Source: a virus (Duplodnaviria; Heunggongvirae; Uroviricota; Caudoviricetes). Taken from it: a stretch of DNA of 20,408 bases. Where the stretch lies: positions 1 through 20,408 of the IMG/VR virus record IMGVR_UViG_2737471845_000026, one strand, 5' to 3'. Made by a program: the position numbers and the translations under genes. Below the pieces are notes generated by a model, which did not search any database, had not been told where the DNA came from, and saw only the letters and a list, made by a program, of their open reading frames with translations. Positions within the stretch are counted from its first letter, which is position 1; each line of letters opens with the position of its first letter. Shown here piece by piece: positions 7,871 through 15,312 of the stretch.

Positions 7871-7948
7871 CTATCCCCAGCGGCAAATCGAATACACCAC
7901 CACCGCCATTGCAATTCCTGCCGTTGTGAATGCTTCAGGCCAGGTCAT
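7871..7948 (-). CDS. Candidate small hydrophobic peptide, 25 aa
   Basis: ATG at 7948 preceded by AAGGA (about 9 nt); translation MTWPEAFTTAGIAMAVVVYSICRWG is a single TM-like segment; stop abuts the 7835-7866 terminator. Below the 60-aa cutoff of the ORF track. Confidence 0.2.
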   Translation of the reverse strand: MTWPEAFTTAGIAMAVVVYSICRWG

Positions 7949-8146
7949 CGCAAAACATCCTTCACACTTACCAGCCCGTTCTGTTTCAGATACGCCATCG
8001 CCTGTTAAGCCTCACTCGCCGATATTTATGTTCACATGCTCAGGGATAAATATGCCTTTACTCTTAAATGTCTGATTTCAATATTCGAGAGTTCTTGCCA
8101 ACGCCGCGCACGGTTCTATCTTATTACCATTATTTGGCACTTTGAC

Positions 8147-8446
8147 TCACTCACTGTTATCCTCCTGGAAAATAACCGCATGCCCCAGCTTCTCCGCCAG
8201 TGCCAGTTCTGCCTTAGCACCTGCTGACCGCTGCCAGCCTTTCAGCATGTAAATCGCATCCACGCAGCGTATCATCGCCATGCAAATATCCATGTAGTGT
8301 GGCTGTGTCAGCCCATCCGGAAGTACTGCCGGGTTTAAGACTGTATGCCCTTCACGTTTCAGTTCCTCTTCCGCCTTGTGAAACGCCTCACGGTTGAAAT
8401 TTTTATATCCCGTCATTGGGCCGGCAATATAAACTCTCACCCTCAC
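8147..8446 (-). CDS. DUF4406-like protein (nucleoside 2-deoxyribosyltransferase-like fold), 99 aa, GTG start
   Basis: N-terminus MRVRVYIAGPMTG is typical of this family as I recall it. GTG at 8446 overlaps the upstream stop (GTGA) and has AGGAG 9 nt upstream. Confidence 0.7.
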   Translation of the reverse strand: MRVRVYIAGPMTGYKNFNREAFHKAEEELKREGHTVLNPAVLPDGLTQPHYMDICMAMIRCVDAIYMLKGWQRSAGAKAELALAEKLGHAVIFQEDNSE

Positions 8447-8697
8447 TCCTGAACTCTCCTGTCGAAATAAACGTAGTTATTCACTGTGCGCAACGGCATT
8501 CCAAATTTTATGGCGATTTCTCTCCTGGAGACGCCACGCTGATGCAGTTTTCGCGCCAGCTCAATATCGCTCTGAAGATATTTTGCTGACTGGTGAAAAT
8601 CACCACGCAGAATCAGACTTATTCCCATCTCCCGGGCTTTCGTCCTGACCGCCGCCTCACTACGACCAATCAGACTGCCGATGCTTTTTACCTTCAT
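8443..8697 (-). CDS. Small HTH-containing DNA-binding protein, 84 aa
   Basis: ATG at 8697; helix-turn-helix-like segments (SLIGRSEAAVRTKAREMG and VSRREIAIKFGMPLRTVNNYV). Confidence 0.5.
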   Translation of the reverse strand: MKVKSIGSLIGRSEAAVRTKAREMGISLILRGDFHQSAKYLQSDIELARKLHQRGVSRREIAIKFGMPLRTVNNYVYFDRRVQE

Positions 8698-8753
8698 TGT
8701 TCCCGCGCACTGCCGAAGAATAAGGATTTCAGCCCGCACCCAGCCACGCCATC

Positions 8754-9299
8754 TCACTTCACATCCTCTCCGGAACAATTCATCTGCCGTATAATATCCC
8801 GGTGCTTGTTCAGCTCCTGCAGCGCGGCGCAGACACGTTCCCACTTCCGGATATGACTTTTTGCCCGGCGCAGTTCACGGTTTGCCATATGTAGCGATGG
8901 CAGCATTACATAGTCGGTATGTTTTTCGGTGAACGATGGCAGTGACCGCACAATATCCGCCACCGTTTCTGTTTTAATTTCTTCCTGTGTTGCCGCTTCC
9001 TGTACCGGTAATGCAACCCCCGCTGGCTGAGGAAAGGCTTTACCATCAGTTTCCGCTACCGATGCGGCTTTCAGTTCTGCTGGTAAATTCTCGCCTGGCA
9101 TGCAGTAACGAAATTTACCGTTCTGATTAACGCGTGCCAGCCGCCCTGTTGAGGTTACTACCGCCAGCGTGGAAGCAACCTTGCGAATGCTGACACCGAA
9201 CTTACCCGCCAGTTCCTCACACGTTTTAGCCCCCTCCTGGCCGATAAACTCAATCATCATGTCAGCGGTAACTTTTTGTTCGCCCACCCCGGTTAGCAC
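8754..9299 (-). CDS. Winged-helix-containing protein, C-terminal reading frame (181 aa from GTG), in frame with the upstream 49-aa ORF across a single TAG
   Basis: No credible RBS before GTG 9299 or ATG 9260. Same frame as 9366-9515, separated by TAG at 9366-9368 plus 22 stop-free sense codons. HTH-like KTCEELAGKFGVSIRKVASTLAVV. Confidence 0.4.
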   Translation of the reverse strand: MLTGVGEQKVTADMMIEFIGQEGAKTCEELAGKFGVSIRKVASTLAVVTSTGRLARVNQNGKFRYCMPGENLPAELKAASVAETDGKAFPQPAGVALPVQEAATQEEIKTETVADIVRSLPSFTEKHTDYVMLPSLHMANRELRRAKSHIRKWERVCAALQELNKHRDIIRQMNCSGEDVK

Positions 9300-9365
9300 A
9301 TCCGGTGCTTCAGATTGTACTGGCTGCTCTTCGGTTACCCCGGATTCACCTTCACCAGCCAGAAA

Positions 9366-9515
9366 CTAGGTATGACCTGTTTTATCAACGACGCCATTTC
9401 TTTTGAGTTCCCACAGCTCGTTCAGCACTTCTTCACGACTGATATCAAGTCGCGCGGCCAGTTCCACCGACGTGGCTTTTCCCATTACTTTCAGTGCGTC
9501 AAAAACAGTCTCCAT
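9366..9515 (-). CDS. Small winged-helix protein, 49 aa; possibly the N-terminal part of an amber-interrupted gene
   Basis: ATG at 9515 with SD GGGAGGAAATTTTA-ATG; translation [49 protein letters not shown]; ends at TAG 9366-9368. Confidence 0.5.
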   Translation of the reverse strand: METVFDALKVMGKATSVELAARLDISREEVLNELWELKRNGVVDKTGHT

Positions 9516-9537
9516 TAAAATTTCCTCCCGGTAAAAA

Positions 9538-10284
9538 TTACTTCTCAATTCCTGGCTGGATGACATTCGTGCGCCAGCTCTCCCAGTTAAAATTCACCCA
9601 GCGACCACCGTTCATGGTCATGCGGTCCATCACGCGCTCGCCAAGCAGCGTATTCATCGCCGTATGGTTCAGGTTCGTCAGCATCCCGACGCTGTGCATC
9701 GAGGCCGTTCTGCGATCGACTATCTGGTTCAGTGTGACCTGTTCGTTACGCGTATCCCGCTGCATACCAATTTCATCCAGGACAAGCAGGTCAACCTCAC
9801 ACAACCCCTGCAAAAATTTTTCGCCCGAGTTTTTGTTGTCGTAGTTGCCGTGTAACGCCAGCATCACATCCGCCACCGTCACCACAATCACGCTGCGACC
9901 TTTCGCCAGAAGATGGTTGCCGATGGCTGCCGCCAGGTGATTTTTTCCGGTACCCGGCTTACCGCTGAACACAAAATTTGTGCACCCGGTCATCAGCTCG
10001 TCCGCGATGGACTTCGCCTGGCTGAGTGCATGACGCTGTCCGTCGTTCTGCACCAGGTAATTCGCAAACGAACATTTCTGGTGCAACGGCTGGATACCGG
10101 AACGATTCAGAATTTTTTCCACCCGGATCTGGCGATTCTGGCGGTTAATCTCCTCGCTACGCTTTCGCCCTTCTGCAAGCTGCCACTCTCTCCACTCGTC
10201 CACTGTCCGGTACGGCGCGGTTACATGCTGCGGGGCCAGCTTACGGATGCGTTCAAGAACACCACCTGCCGCAATATTTTTCAT
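9538..10284 (-). CDS. DnaC-like replicative helicase loader (IstB/DnaC AAA+ family; Rac YdaV-like), 248 aa
   Basis: Walker [18 protein letters not shown], Walker B LLVLDEIG, and strong resemblance to E. coli DnaC along its length ([41 protein letters not shown]). Confidence 0.9.
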   Translation of the reverse strand: MKNIAAGGVLERIRKLAPQHVTAPYRTVDEWREWQLAEGRKRSEEINRQNRQIRVEKILNRSGIQPLHQKCSFANYLVQNDGQRHALSQAKSIADELMTGCTNFVFSGKPGTGKNHLAAAIGNHLLAKGRSVIVVTVADVMLALHGNYDNKNSGEKFLQGLCEVDLLVLDEIGMQRDTRNEQVTLNQIVDRRTASMHSVGMLTNLNHTAMNTLLGERVMDRMTMNGGRWVNFNWESWRTNVIQPGIEK

Positions 10285-10290
10285 AACCCG

Positions 10291-11400
10291 TTACCCCCTG
10301 AATCCCGGCGGAATTTCGGTGTCCGGTTCAGAAATGTGATTCACACAACGCTGGTTGTTCGTGCCGCTTACCGGAATCAACCAGGGGTTTTCAAAATTCC
10401 GGTCCGGTCCAAAAAACGTCGTCGCTCGCTGAACAAATTCCGTTCCCGTTTTCCCGGTAGCCGCCAGGTATCTTGCATAACGCCTCACACCATCCATCAT
10501 GGCCTCTGGTGGCACCCCCTCGCGTAATCTGGCCTTCCAGGCACTGAATGCGGATTTCTTCGGGTTTGCCCCGGCACGCAACGGGTATTCCCGCCAGACC
10601 TGTTCGAACACATCCGGATAATCCACCCGTCCCACAGGCTGCCCGGTGTTTTCCGGGACTACCCGATCGGCTTCCCGCTGAATGGCGGAATCGGCTTCAG
10701 GCTGCTGCAGTTGGTGTGATTGTTCCGGCCTTGCGGTCATCGCCTGCTGCACAGCGCCCGAATCGGCTTTCAGCGCATACGCTGAATCGGCTTCCGGTGT
10801 CGTGCCTGCTGGCTGACCAGAATTTACGGTCTGAACATCCCCTGCCTGGTTCATGGTGTTTTTTTCGCCATGAACCATAGTGTTTTTGTCCTGTTCCTGT
10901 TCTTTCTCCTGCTCCTGTTCTTGGCTTCGAAGCCCCTTAAAAGCCCCTTCGAAGCCCCTTACAGAATTTCGGCTATTATTCCGCCTCACATCCAGATGGA
11001 AATCCGTTTTATATCTGTCGTAAAACGCTGACAGAAAAGCGTTTTCAGGTAATGATGCATACTCATTCCTGACACCTGCACAACGGTTATCGCCAGGCTT
11101 CAACGTTTCCCCAACCTGCCAGGCTGCCATTTCATGGACCCAGACCATCTCTGCATCATGGTCATAGCTACAAAAACCAGCTTCAACAGCCCTTTTAAGC
11201 CCCTTTGAAGCCCCTTCCAGACCAAGCCCGGTTTCATGAGCAAGGTATAAAACTGGCAGGTAATACAAACCCAGCATATTTGCGTGAGGGGATGTCATCA
11301 GGTAAAAAGCAACAACTTGCGCTTCTGCACCCGCCTTTCTAAGTTCTCTCCCCGTTTCTCCCAGCCAGAATCGCGGAGAAACTTTTGCGTAATCACGCAT
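10291..11400 (-). CDS. Replication initiator (O-like/YdaU-like), 369 aa from the ATG at 11400
   Basis: Immediately upstream of the DnaC-like gene (6-nt gap). SD GAGG 6 nt before ATG 11400; the listed ORF extends to ATG 11511 but that start has no SD. Contains a QEQEQEKEQEQ linker and iteron-like repeats. Confidence 0.7.
   Translation of the reverse strand: MRDYAKVSPRFWLGETGRELRKAGAEAQVVAFYLMTSPHANMLGLYYLPVLYLAHETGLGLEGASKGLKRAVEAGFCSYDHDAEMVWVHEMAAWQVGETLKPGDNRCAGVRNEYASLPENAFLSAFYDRYKTDFHLDVRRNNSRNSVRGFEGAFKGLRSQEQEQEKEQEQDKNTMVHGEKNTMNQAGDVQTVNSGQPAGTTPEADSAYALKADSGAVQQAMTARPEQSHQLQQPEADSAIQREADRVVPENTGQPVGRVDYPDVFEQVWREYPLRAGANPKKSAFSAWKARLREGVPPEAMMDGVRRYARYLAATGKTGTEFVQRATTFFGPDRNFENPWLIPVSGTNNQRCVNHISEPDTEIPPGFRG
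10930..10960. repeat. Iteron-like direct repeats (three copies of AAGCCCCTT at 11-bp spacing) inside the O-like gene
   Basis: Plus strand ...GAAGCCCCTTAAAAGCCCCTTCGAAGCCCCTT...; encodes the peptide repeat GFEGAFKGL. Confidence 0.4.
11188..11216. repeat. Second cluster of the same iteron-like motif (two full copies plus one degenerate)
   Basis: Plus strand CAGCCCTTTTAAGCCCCTTTGAAGCCCCTT, about 240 bp from the first cluster and still within the O-like gene. Confidence 0.35.
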
Positions 11401-11478
11401 GGCTACCTCATCTGGTGCCGAACCTTCCTCCGGATATAATCTGTGGTTCCCAATCGACAGAACCAGAGGAGGTTCGAC

Positions 11479-11934
11479 ATGTATTTTTTGAAAAGCCTTT
11501 ATCAGGCTCATGTATTAAATGTTGCAGCAACAAACCGCTGGTGTAATAGCCCCGAAATGCTCCCGGATTACAGAGCCTGGCTGCGCGCAGAAACATACCT
11601 TCGTCTCGACATATTGATTAGCAAACTTCAAAAAGAGACTGCATCCATTCATAACCTTCAGGGTATCGACGCTGTTCGCATTCTGGTATCGCGCCATAGT
11701 GCTCTCTCAATAATTGAAGTGCGTCATCTCTCTTTTTCTGAACTGATTTTCTTGCTTCAACCAGCTCTGGAATCAGCGAATATCCCACCGGAAGTGATCC
11801 AATACCCACCTCATGTTGACGAGCAGTTACAAGATGTGCCATACAACCAGCGTGCTGGATTGACTCCCTGCTCAGAGGCTGAATGGGATCACTCTCTGCT
11901 GAAGAAATACCAAGATTTGTATAATCCTCAATAA
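11479..11934 (+). CDS. Hypothetical protein, 151 aa, divergent from the replication operon; antisense to the 169-aa minus ORF
   Basis: ATG at 11479 preceded by a near-perfect SD AGAGGAGG with 6-nt spacing; reasonable codon usage. Overlaps 11618-12127 on the other strand, so only one of the two is likely real. Confidence 0.4.
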   Translation: MYFLKSLYQAHVLNVAATNRWCNSPEMLPDYRAWLRAETYLRLDILISKLQKETASIHNLQGIDAVRILVSRHSALSIIEVRHLSFSELIFLLQPALESANIPPEVIQYPPHVDEQLQDVPYNQRAGLTPCSEAEWDHSLLKKYQDLYNPQ

Positions 11935-12127
11935 GCCCGGCACACGCTTCTGCATCAGCCAGCTTTATTCTGGTTTCCTTGCGCTGTTCTCTGGCTGACA
12001 AACGCCAGAGCAGCGCATTAACTTTATGTATCAACCACTCTGCCAGCTCCACATCAGATAAACCGCCACGCCAGATGTGCGGACTGTTTTCGTAAACGCT
12101 CAGTGTCAATTTTTTGTCATTACTCAT
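11618..12127 (-). CDS. Hypothetical protein, 169 aa, between the YdaT-like and O-like genes; antisense to the 151-aa plus ORF
   Basis: ATG at 12127 lies 14 nt after the YdaT-like stop and is co-oriented with the operon, but the SD is weak and several AGA codons are present. Ambiguous against 11479-11934. Confidence 0.4.
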   Translation of the reverse strand: MSNDKKLTLSVYENSPHIWRGGLSDVELAEWLIHKVNALLWRLSAREQRKETRIKLADAEACAGLIEDYTNLGISSAESDPIQPLSRESIQHAGCMAHLVTARQHEVGIGSLPVGYSLIPELVEARKSVQKKRDDALQLLREHYGAIPECEQRRYPEGYEWMQSLFEVC

Positions 12128-12140
12128 ATTTATTACCCAA

Positions 12141-12566
12141 TTAATGCACAGCCAGAGTGTTTCCTGCCGGGCCACCACGATTCATCTGATCGAACAGAAC
12201 TATCGCTGATGCAACTAAATCATCGATATCTTTCACCAGCCGTTCCTGCGTCTCCACCAGCTCCCGAAAATAAGCGGAACTGTGGCTGCGCATTCGGGCC
12301 ACCAGCGGAGGCGGCATCGCTTTTTCGATAGCTGGTAACAACGCCTGAATTTTTTTAACCGCGTCAGGGGTATCTTTCTCCAGCCAGCGGAAAATTTTCT
12401 GGGTATTACGGCCCAGGGCTTCCGGATGGCTGTCGTCGAACAGTTCAGGAAACGTCAGACCCAACTCGAAATAAGCCCGGGTTATTTCAGCTGCCGGAAC
12501 TTTTTCACCGTCCGGATATGCCCAGGCATTCATCGCCATGCGGATGTGTTCATGCTTGATTTTCAT
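12141..12566 (-). CDS. YdaT-like protein (141 aa), putative CII-like regulator of the Rac-type immunity region
   Basis: N-terminus MKIKHEHI and size and position (after the cro-like gene, before replication genes) match Rac prophage YdaT as I recall it. Overlaps the upstream gene by 17 nt. Confidence 0.65.
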   Translation of the reverse strand: MKIKHEHIRMAMNAWAYPDGEKVPAAEITRAYFELGLTFPELFDDSHPEALGRNTQKIFRWLEKDTPDAVKKIQALLPAIEKAMPPPLVARMRSHSSAYFRELVETQERLVKDIDDLVASAIVLFDQMNRGGPAGNTLAVH

Positions 12567-12834
12567 GAATCAACCCTATTTTTTTGGATCTGATAATTTC
12601 TTCTGGAATCCCACTAACTGGAGTAGGGTGCAAATCAGGCCGGAGATCATGCGGAGTAACAATCCATTCCCCAAGCTCACAAAGCCTAATAACCCTCTCA
12701 CTAGGAACCCTGTTCCTGATAATCCAATTAAAAATGGATTGAGGCGATTTGAAACCAAACATGCGACTTACAGCAGAGGGAGAACCAATAGCCATAACCG
12801 CCTTTTCTGTAATGTTTTTGTATGTAGTGCTCAT
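12550..12834 (-). CDS. Cro/YdaS-like HTH regulator (94 aa from ATG 12834)
   Basis: First gene downstream of the operator-containing promoter, divergent from the repressor. SD GGAG 6 nt before ATG 12834; alternative ATG at 12846. Confidence 0.65.
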   Translation of the reverse strand: MSTTYKNITEKAVMAIGSPSAVSRMFGFKSPQSIFNWIIRNRVPSERVIRLCELGEWIVTPHDLRPDLHPTPVSGIPEEIIRSKKIGLIHENQA

Positions 12835-12861
12835 CGTTAACTCCATTTCAAGAACGGAAGA

Positions 12862-12889
12862 ATGATACTACATAAAGTAGAATTTGCAA
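12862..12889 (-). promoter_or_regulatory. PR-like promoter with an operator palindrome in the spacer
   Basis: Minus-strand -35 TTGCAA (plus 12884-12889), 16-nt spacer, -10 TATCAT (plus 12862-12867). The spacer contains the palindrome CTAC-N5-GTAG (12868-12880). Confidence 0.5.
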
Positions 12890-12934
12890 CTACGCAAAAT
12901 AGAAATGACGAATCAAGGTAACTGCTTTAATCTT

Positions 12935-12947
12935 CTACATATGGTAG
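12935..12947. promoter_or_regulatory. Second operator-like palindrome CTACATATGGTAG, overlapping the repressor ATG
   Basis: Same CTAC-N5-GTAG half-sites and same GAA flank as the site at 12868-12880; centred 67 bp away. Confidence 0.4.
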
Positions 12948-13393
12948 AAAACGCACATAAACATCGCGCATTCGCAACAAGACTTAAGTCAGAAATGGAT
13001 AGAAAAAACAAATCCATCAAAGACTTAAGCTTATCCACGGGCGTCACATACGAAATGGCGCGGCGCTACACCCTAGGCACAGCTAAACCACGCGACGAAA
13101 AACTCGAACGAATAGCAGAATTTCTGGGAGTTGAACCTGCATGGCTGGAATACGGTCAGCTAACAGAGAAAGGAATTGAACCAGCAGAAGATTCATTTGT
13201 AACACAAAGATCTGGTTCCAATAGCAATGGTGAATTTACTGAGTTAAGTGAAGATGAAAAGCGACTGATACGAACGTTTCGGGAGTTTCCACCAGTTGAA
13301 GCCAAGAATATGCTCCTGGCTTTTGAGATGAGGCTCAAGAAACTTTACGATTTCTACGAGAAATACGCCAGCACCCCACCACCTTCTGAGTGA
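12941..13393 (+). CDS. Prophage repressor, XRE/HTH family (RacR/cI-like), 150 aa from ATG 12941
   Basis: HTH KSIKDLSLSTGVTYEMARRYTLG; divergent from the cro-like gene with operator palindromes in between. Start is ambiguous (ATG 12941 without SD, ATG 12905, or TTG 12884). Confidence 0.75.
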   Translation: MVENAHKHRAFATRLKSEMDRKNKSIKDLSLSTGVTYEMARRYTLGTAKPRDEKLERIAEFLGVEPAWLEYGQLTEKGIEPAEDSFVTQRSGSNSNGEFTELSEDEKRLIRTFREFPPVEAKNMLLAFEMRLKKLYDFYEKYASTPPPSE

Positions 13394-13409
13394 CTTTGTC
13401 TGTTAACAA

Positions 13410-13437
13410 CACCCCGGTATTGCCGGGGTTATTTTTG
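13410..13437 (+). terminator. Rho-independent terminator after the repressor gene
   Basis: Hairpin CCCCGG-TATTG-CCGGGG (13412-13428) followed by TTATTTTT. Confidence 0.55.
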
Positions 13438-13489
13438 CCTTAAAAAACAACTTTATATAGACAAAATACAACACACTCTACTTTTGGTG

Positions 13490-13517
13490 TTGACATATCT
13501 ACTTCAAGTAGTATCAT
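13490..13517 (+). promoter_or_regulatory. PL-like promoter with an operator palindrome in the spacer
   Basis: -35 TTGACA (13490-13495), 16-nt spacer containing CTACTTCAAGTAG (13499-13511), -10 TATCAT (13512-17). Same architecture as the PR-like promoter at 12862-12889. Confidence 0.55.
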
Positions 13518-13590
13518 TCAATCATCAAAGCACAACGGTGCGACAGGTCTTAGTTCCGCTACCCCGGCGTTAAGGGGAAATGAGGTCAGC

Positions 13591-13743
13591 ATGGATACTA
13601 TCGATCTTGGCAACAGCGAATCTCTGGTATGTGGCGTGTTCCCCAACCAGGACGGTACGTTCACCGCGATGACGTATACCAAAAGCAAAACGTTTAAAAC
13701 CGAAACTGGCGCGCGTCGCTGGTTAGCCAGAAACACTGACTGA
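13591..13743 (+). CDS. Small protein, 50 aa, first gene of the PL-like transcript
   Basis: ATG 13591 preceded by GGGGAAATGAGG; translation MDTIDLGNSESLVCGVFPNQDGTFTAMTYTKSKTFKTETGARRWLARNTD; stop TGA overlaps an ATG of the next ORF. Below the 60-aa cutoff of the ORF track. Confidence 0.5.
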   Translation: MDTIDLGNSESLVCGVFPNQDGTFTAMTYTKSKTFKTETGARRWLARNTD

Positions 13744-13754
13744 TGAGGTTGACG

Positions 13755-14393
13755 ATGGAATTTAAAGATTTACCAATATCAATACAGGAAATGGCCGCTG
13801 ATGTGATTCGCTCGCAACTGGCGCGGAACCCAATGATATTAGTAGATAAAGTGTTCATCATAAATTTATCAAATCATGTCCGCAATTCTTTTACCGGACT
13901 GTATTCAGATTCGTTCACAAACAATCATTGTGTAGAAAATAAAGCAAAGCCCATTGCAGAAACGATAACGCAAAACATCAATACGAAACAAACCGAAGAA
14001 GAAATTGACCAGTTTACCCGAGATACTGGCTTAAAATGCAGGAAAGAAAAATCGCCATATGCGGGGAATATGTTTGTTTATGACAACCTTATCCGAATTC
14101 GTGGCGAAATTCCGACTGAATACCTAGCAAGAATTCACCGGGCATTACTTAAAAATCTGGAAACGGAAGTATTTGATGGCAATACCAACGGCTCCTTCGT
14201 GGTGTCAACTCTCGCAAAAGAGTGGGATACAGATAATCGCTGGAATGTTGCCACATGGTTATTCAGCAACAAAGCTGCTGCCCTGGAAGCTGCGGCCTGT
14301 ATTTGCGACCTGCTAAGGACAGACCGCAAATACAACCTGGATGTGTATAGCTATATTTATGCTGAACACTATCCGCTATGGATTAACTGGTAA
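13755..14393 (+). CDS. Uncharacterised soluble protein, 212 aa, AT-rich, in the repressor-adjacent exclusion-gene position
   Basis: ATG 13755 with SD GAGG (7 nt); alternative ATG at 13743. No TM segments or recognisable catalytic motif; lower GC than the core phage genes. Confidence 0.65.
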   Translation: MEFKDLPISIQEMAADVIRSQLARNPMILVDKVFIINLSNHVRNSFTGLYSDSFTNNHCVENKAKPIAETITQNINTKQTEEEIDQFTRDTGLKCRKEKSPYAGNMFVYDNLIRIRGEIPTEYLARIHRALLKNLETEVFDGNTNGSFVVSTLAKEWDTDNRWNVATWLFSNKAAALEAAACICDLLRTDRKYNLDVYSYIYAEHYPLWINW

Positions 14394-14603
14394 TTACAAA
14401 GCTGCACCAGCAGGGCCACGGCGACCAGCGCCACGATTGTAATCAATGATGCCATTATAAAGCGCATTATTTAATTTATCGTCGAATGCCGATTCTGTGA
14501 GCCCTAGCACTGAATGAGTTTTTAATAACCCTGATTGCCTGAGTTGATTAACCAGGCATTCAATCTGTTTTTCAATAATCGGATGTATTGGCTTGTTTGG
14601 CAT
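14394..14603 (-). CDS. Hypothetical protein, 69 aa, convergent with and abutting the 212-aa gene
   Basis: ATG 14603 with strong SD GGAGGATAAA-ATG; the stop codons of the two convergent genes are adjacent (14393/14394). Confidence 0.5.
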   Translation of the reverse strand: MPNKPIHPIIEKQIECLVNQLRQSGLLKTHSVLGLTESAFDDKLNNALYNGIIDYNRGAGRRGPAGAAL

Positions 14604-15290
14604 TTTATCCTCCATTGAAGTTACTGGTTGAGAATGGAGACCACACGTGACAGCGTGTTGTCGTGCGCCGGACACGGATAAGAATCCGGCACTGACAGTT
14701 TACTGAAAGAATATATCCCTGAAAAGTCAGGGCATAACTCGAAAGCGCACGGCGGAGGTGTCTTTTCCTTAGAAGGCTTGTCGTTAGATTTCTTCGACCG
14801 TGCGCTTCCGGTTGTGGCACTCCGCGAAATGGCGCGGCGGTAAGTATGGCGGGGTTATCCTTACCCCATTAGTGGCACCGGGTTGTCAGGTTGACCATAC
14901 GCTTAAGTGACATCCCCGCTGCAACAACCCATGTTGATTACCTTTTGGCGGGTATCCGTTTTTTGTTTTCCCTTGTGATACCAGCCCTTTTTAAAGTGAA
15001 TTTTGTGATGCGGTGAATGCGGCTAAGCGCACGCGGAACAGTTAAAAAGGACAGTTGACATTCGTATTGGTTCTTATGGGTGGGTTATCTGTATCCGGCG
15101 TTAATTGTTAACTGGTTAACGTCACCTGGAGGCACCAGGCATCGCATCAACAAAATTCACTTCAGTGATGAAAGGTGAGAGAAAATGTTGAATGTAGCTA
15201 TTGAAAACCAGAACGGGTGGAATTATAGTGCACCTGCACCTCATAAAACGGGTGCCGGGATTTGCACCCCGATGATCACTAGAGCGCATA

Positions 15291-15312
15291 ACCGCGCCAA
15301 AGCGGTTTTTTT
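15291..15312 (+). terminator. Intrinsic-terminator-like hairpin plus U-tract inside the leader upstream of rha (possible attenuator)
   Basis: ACCGC-GCCAAA-GCGGT followed by TTTTTTT; embedded in a larger inverted repeat GCGCATAA...TTATGCG. Confidence 0.45.

Noticed and set aside
9913-10880. Plus-strand ORFs of 204 aa and 110 aa
   Set aside because: They are antisense shadows of the confidently assigned DnaC-like and O-like genes and have no RBS.
12884-12940. Longer repressor starts (TTG 12884, ATG 12905)
   Set aside because: They would place promoter and operator elements inside the coding sequence; ATG 12941 is preferred but unverified.
13518-13736. Minus-strand 72-aa ORF
   Set aside because: Antisense to the SD-supported 50-aa plus ORF and downstream of the PL-like promoter; no RBS.
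14717-14732. boxB-like hairpin read as an N-utilisation (nut) site
   Set aside because: No N-like arginine-rich antiterminator gene is recognisable and no boxA is adjacent, so it is reported only as part of the structured leader.
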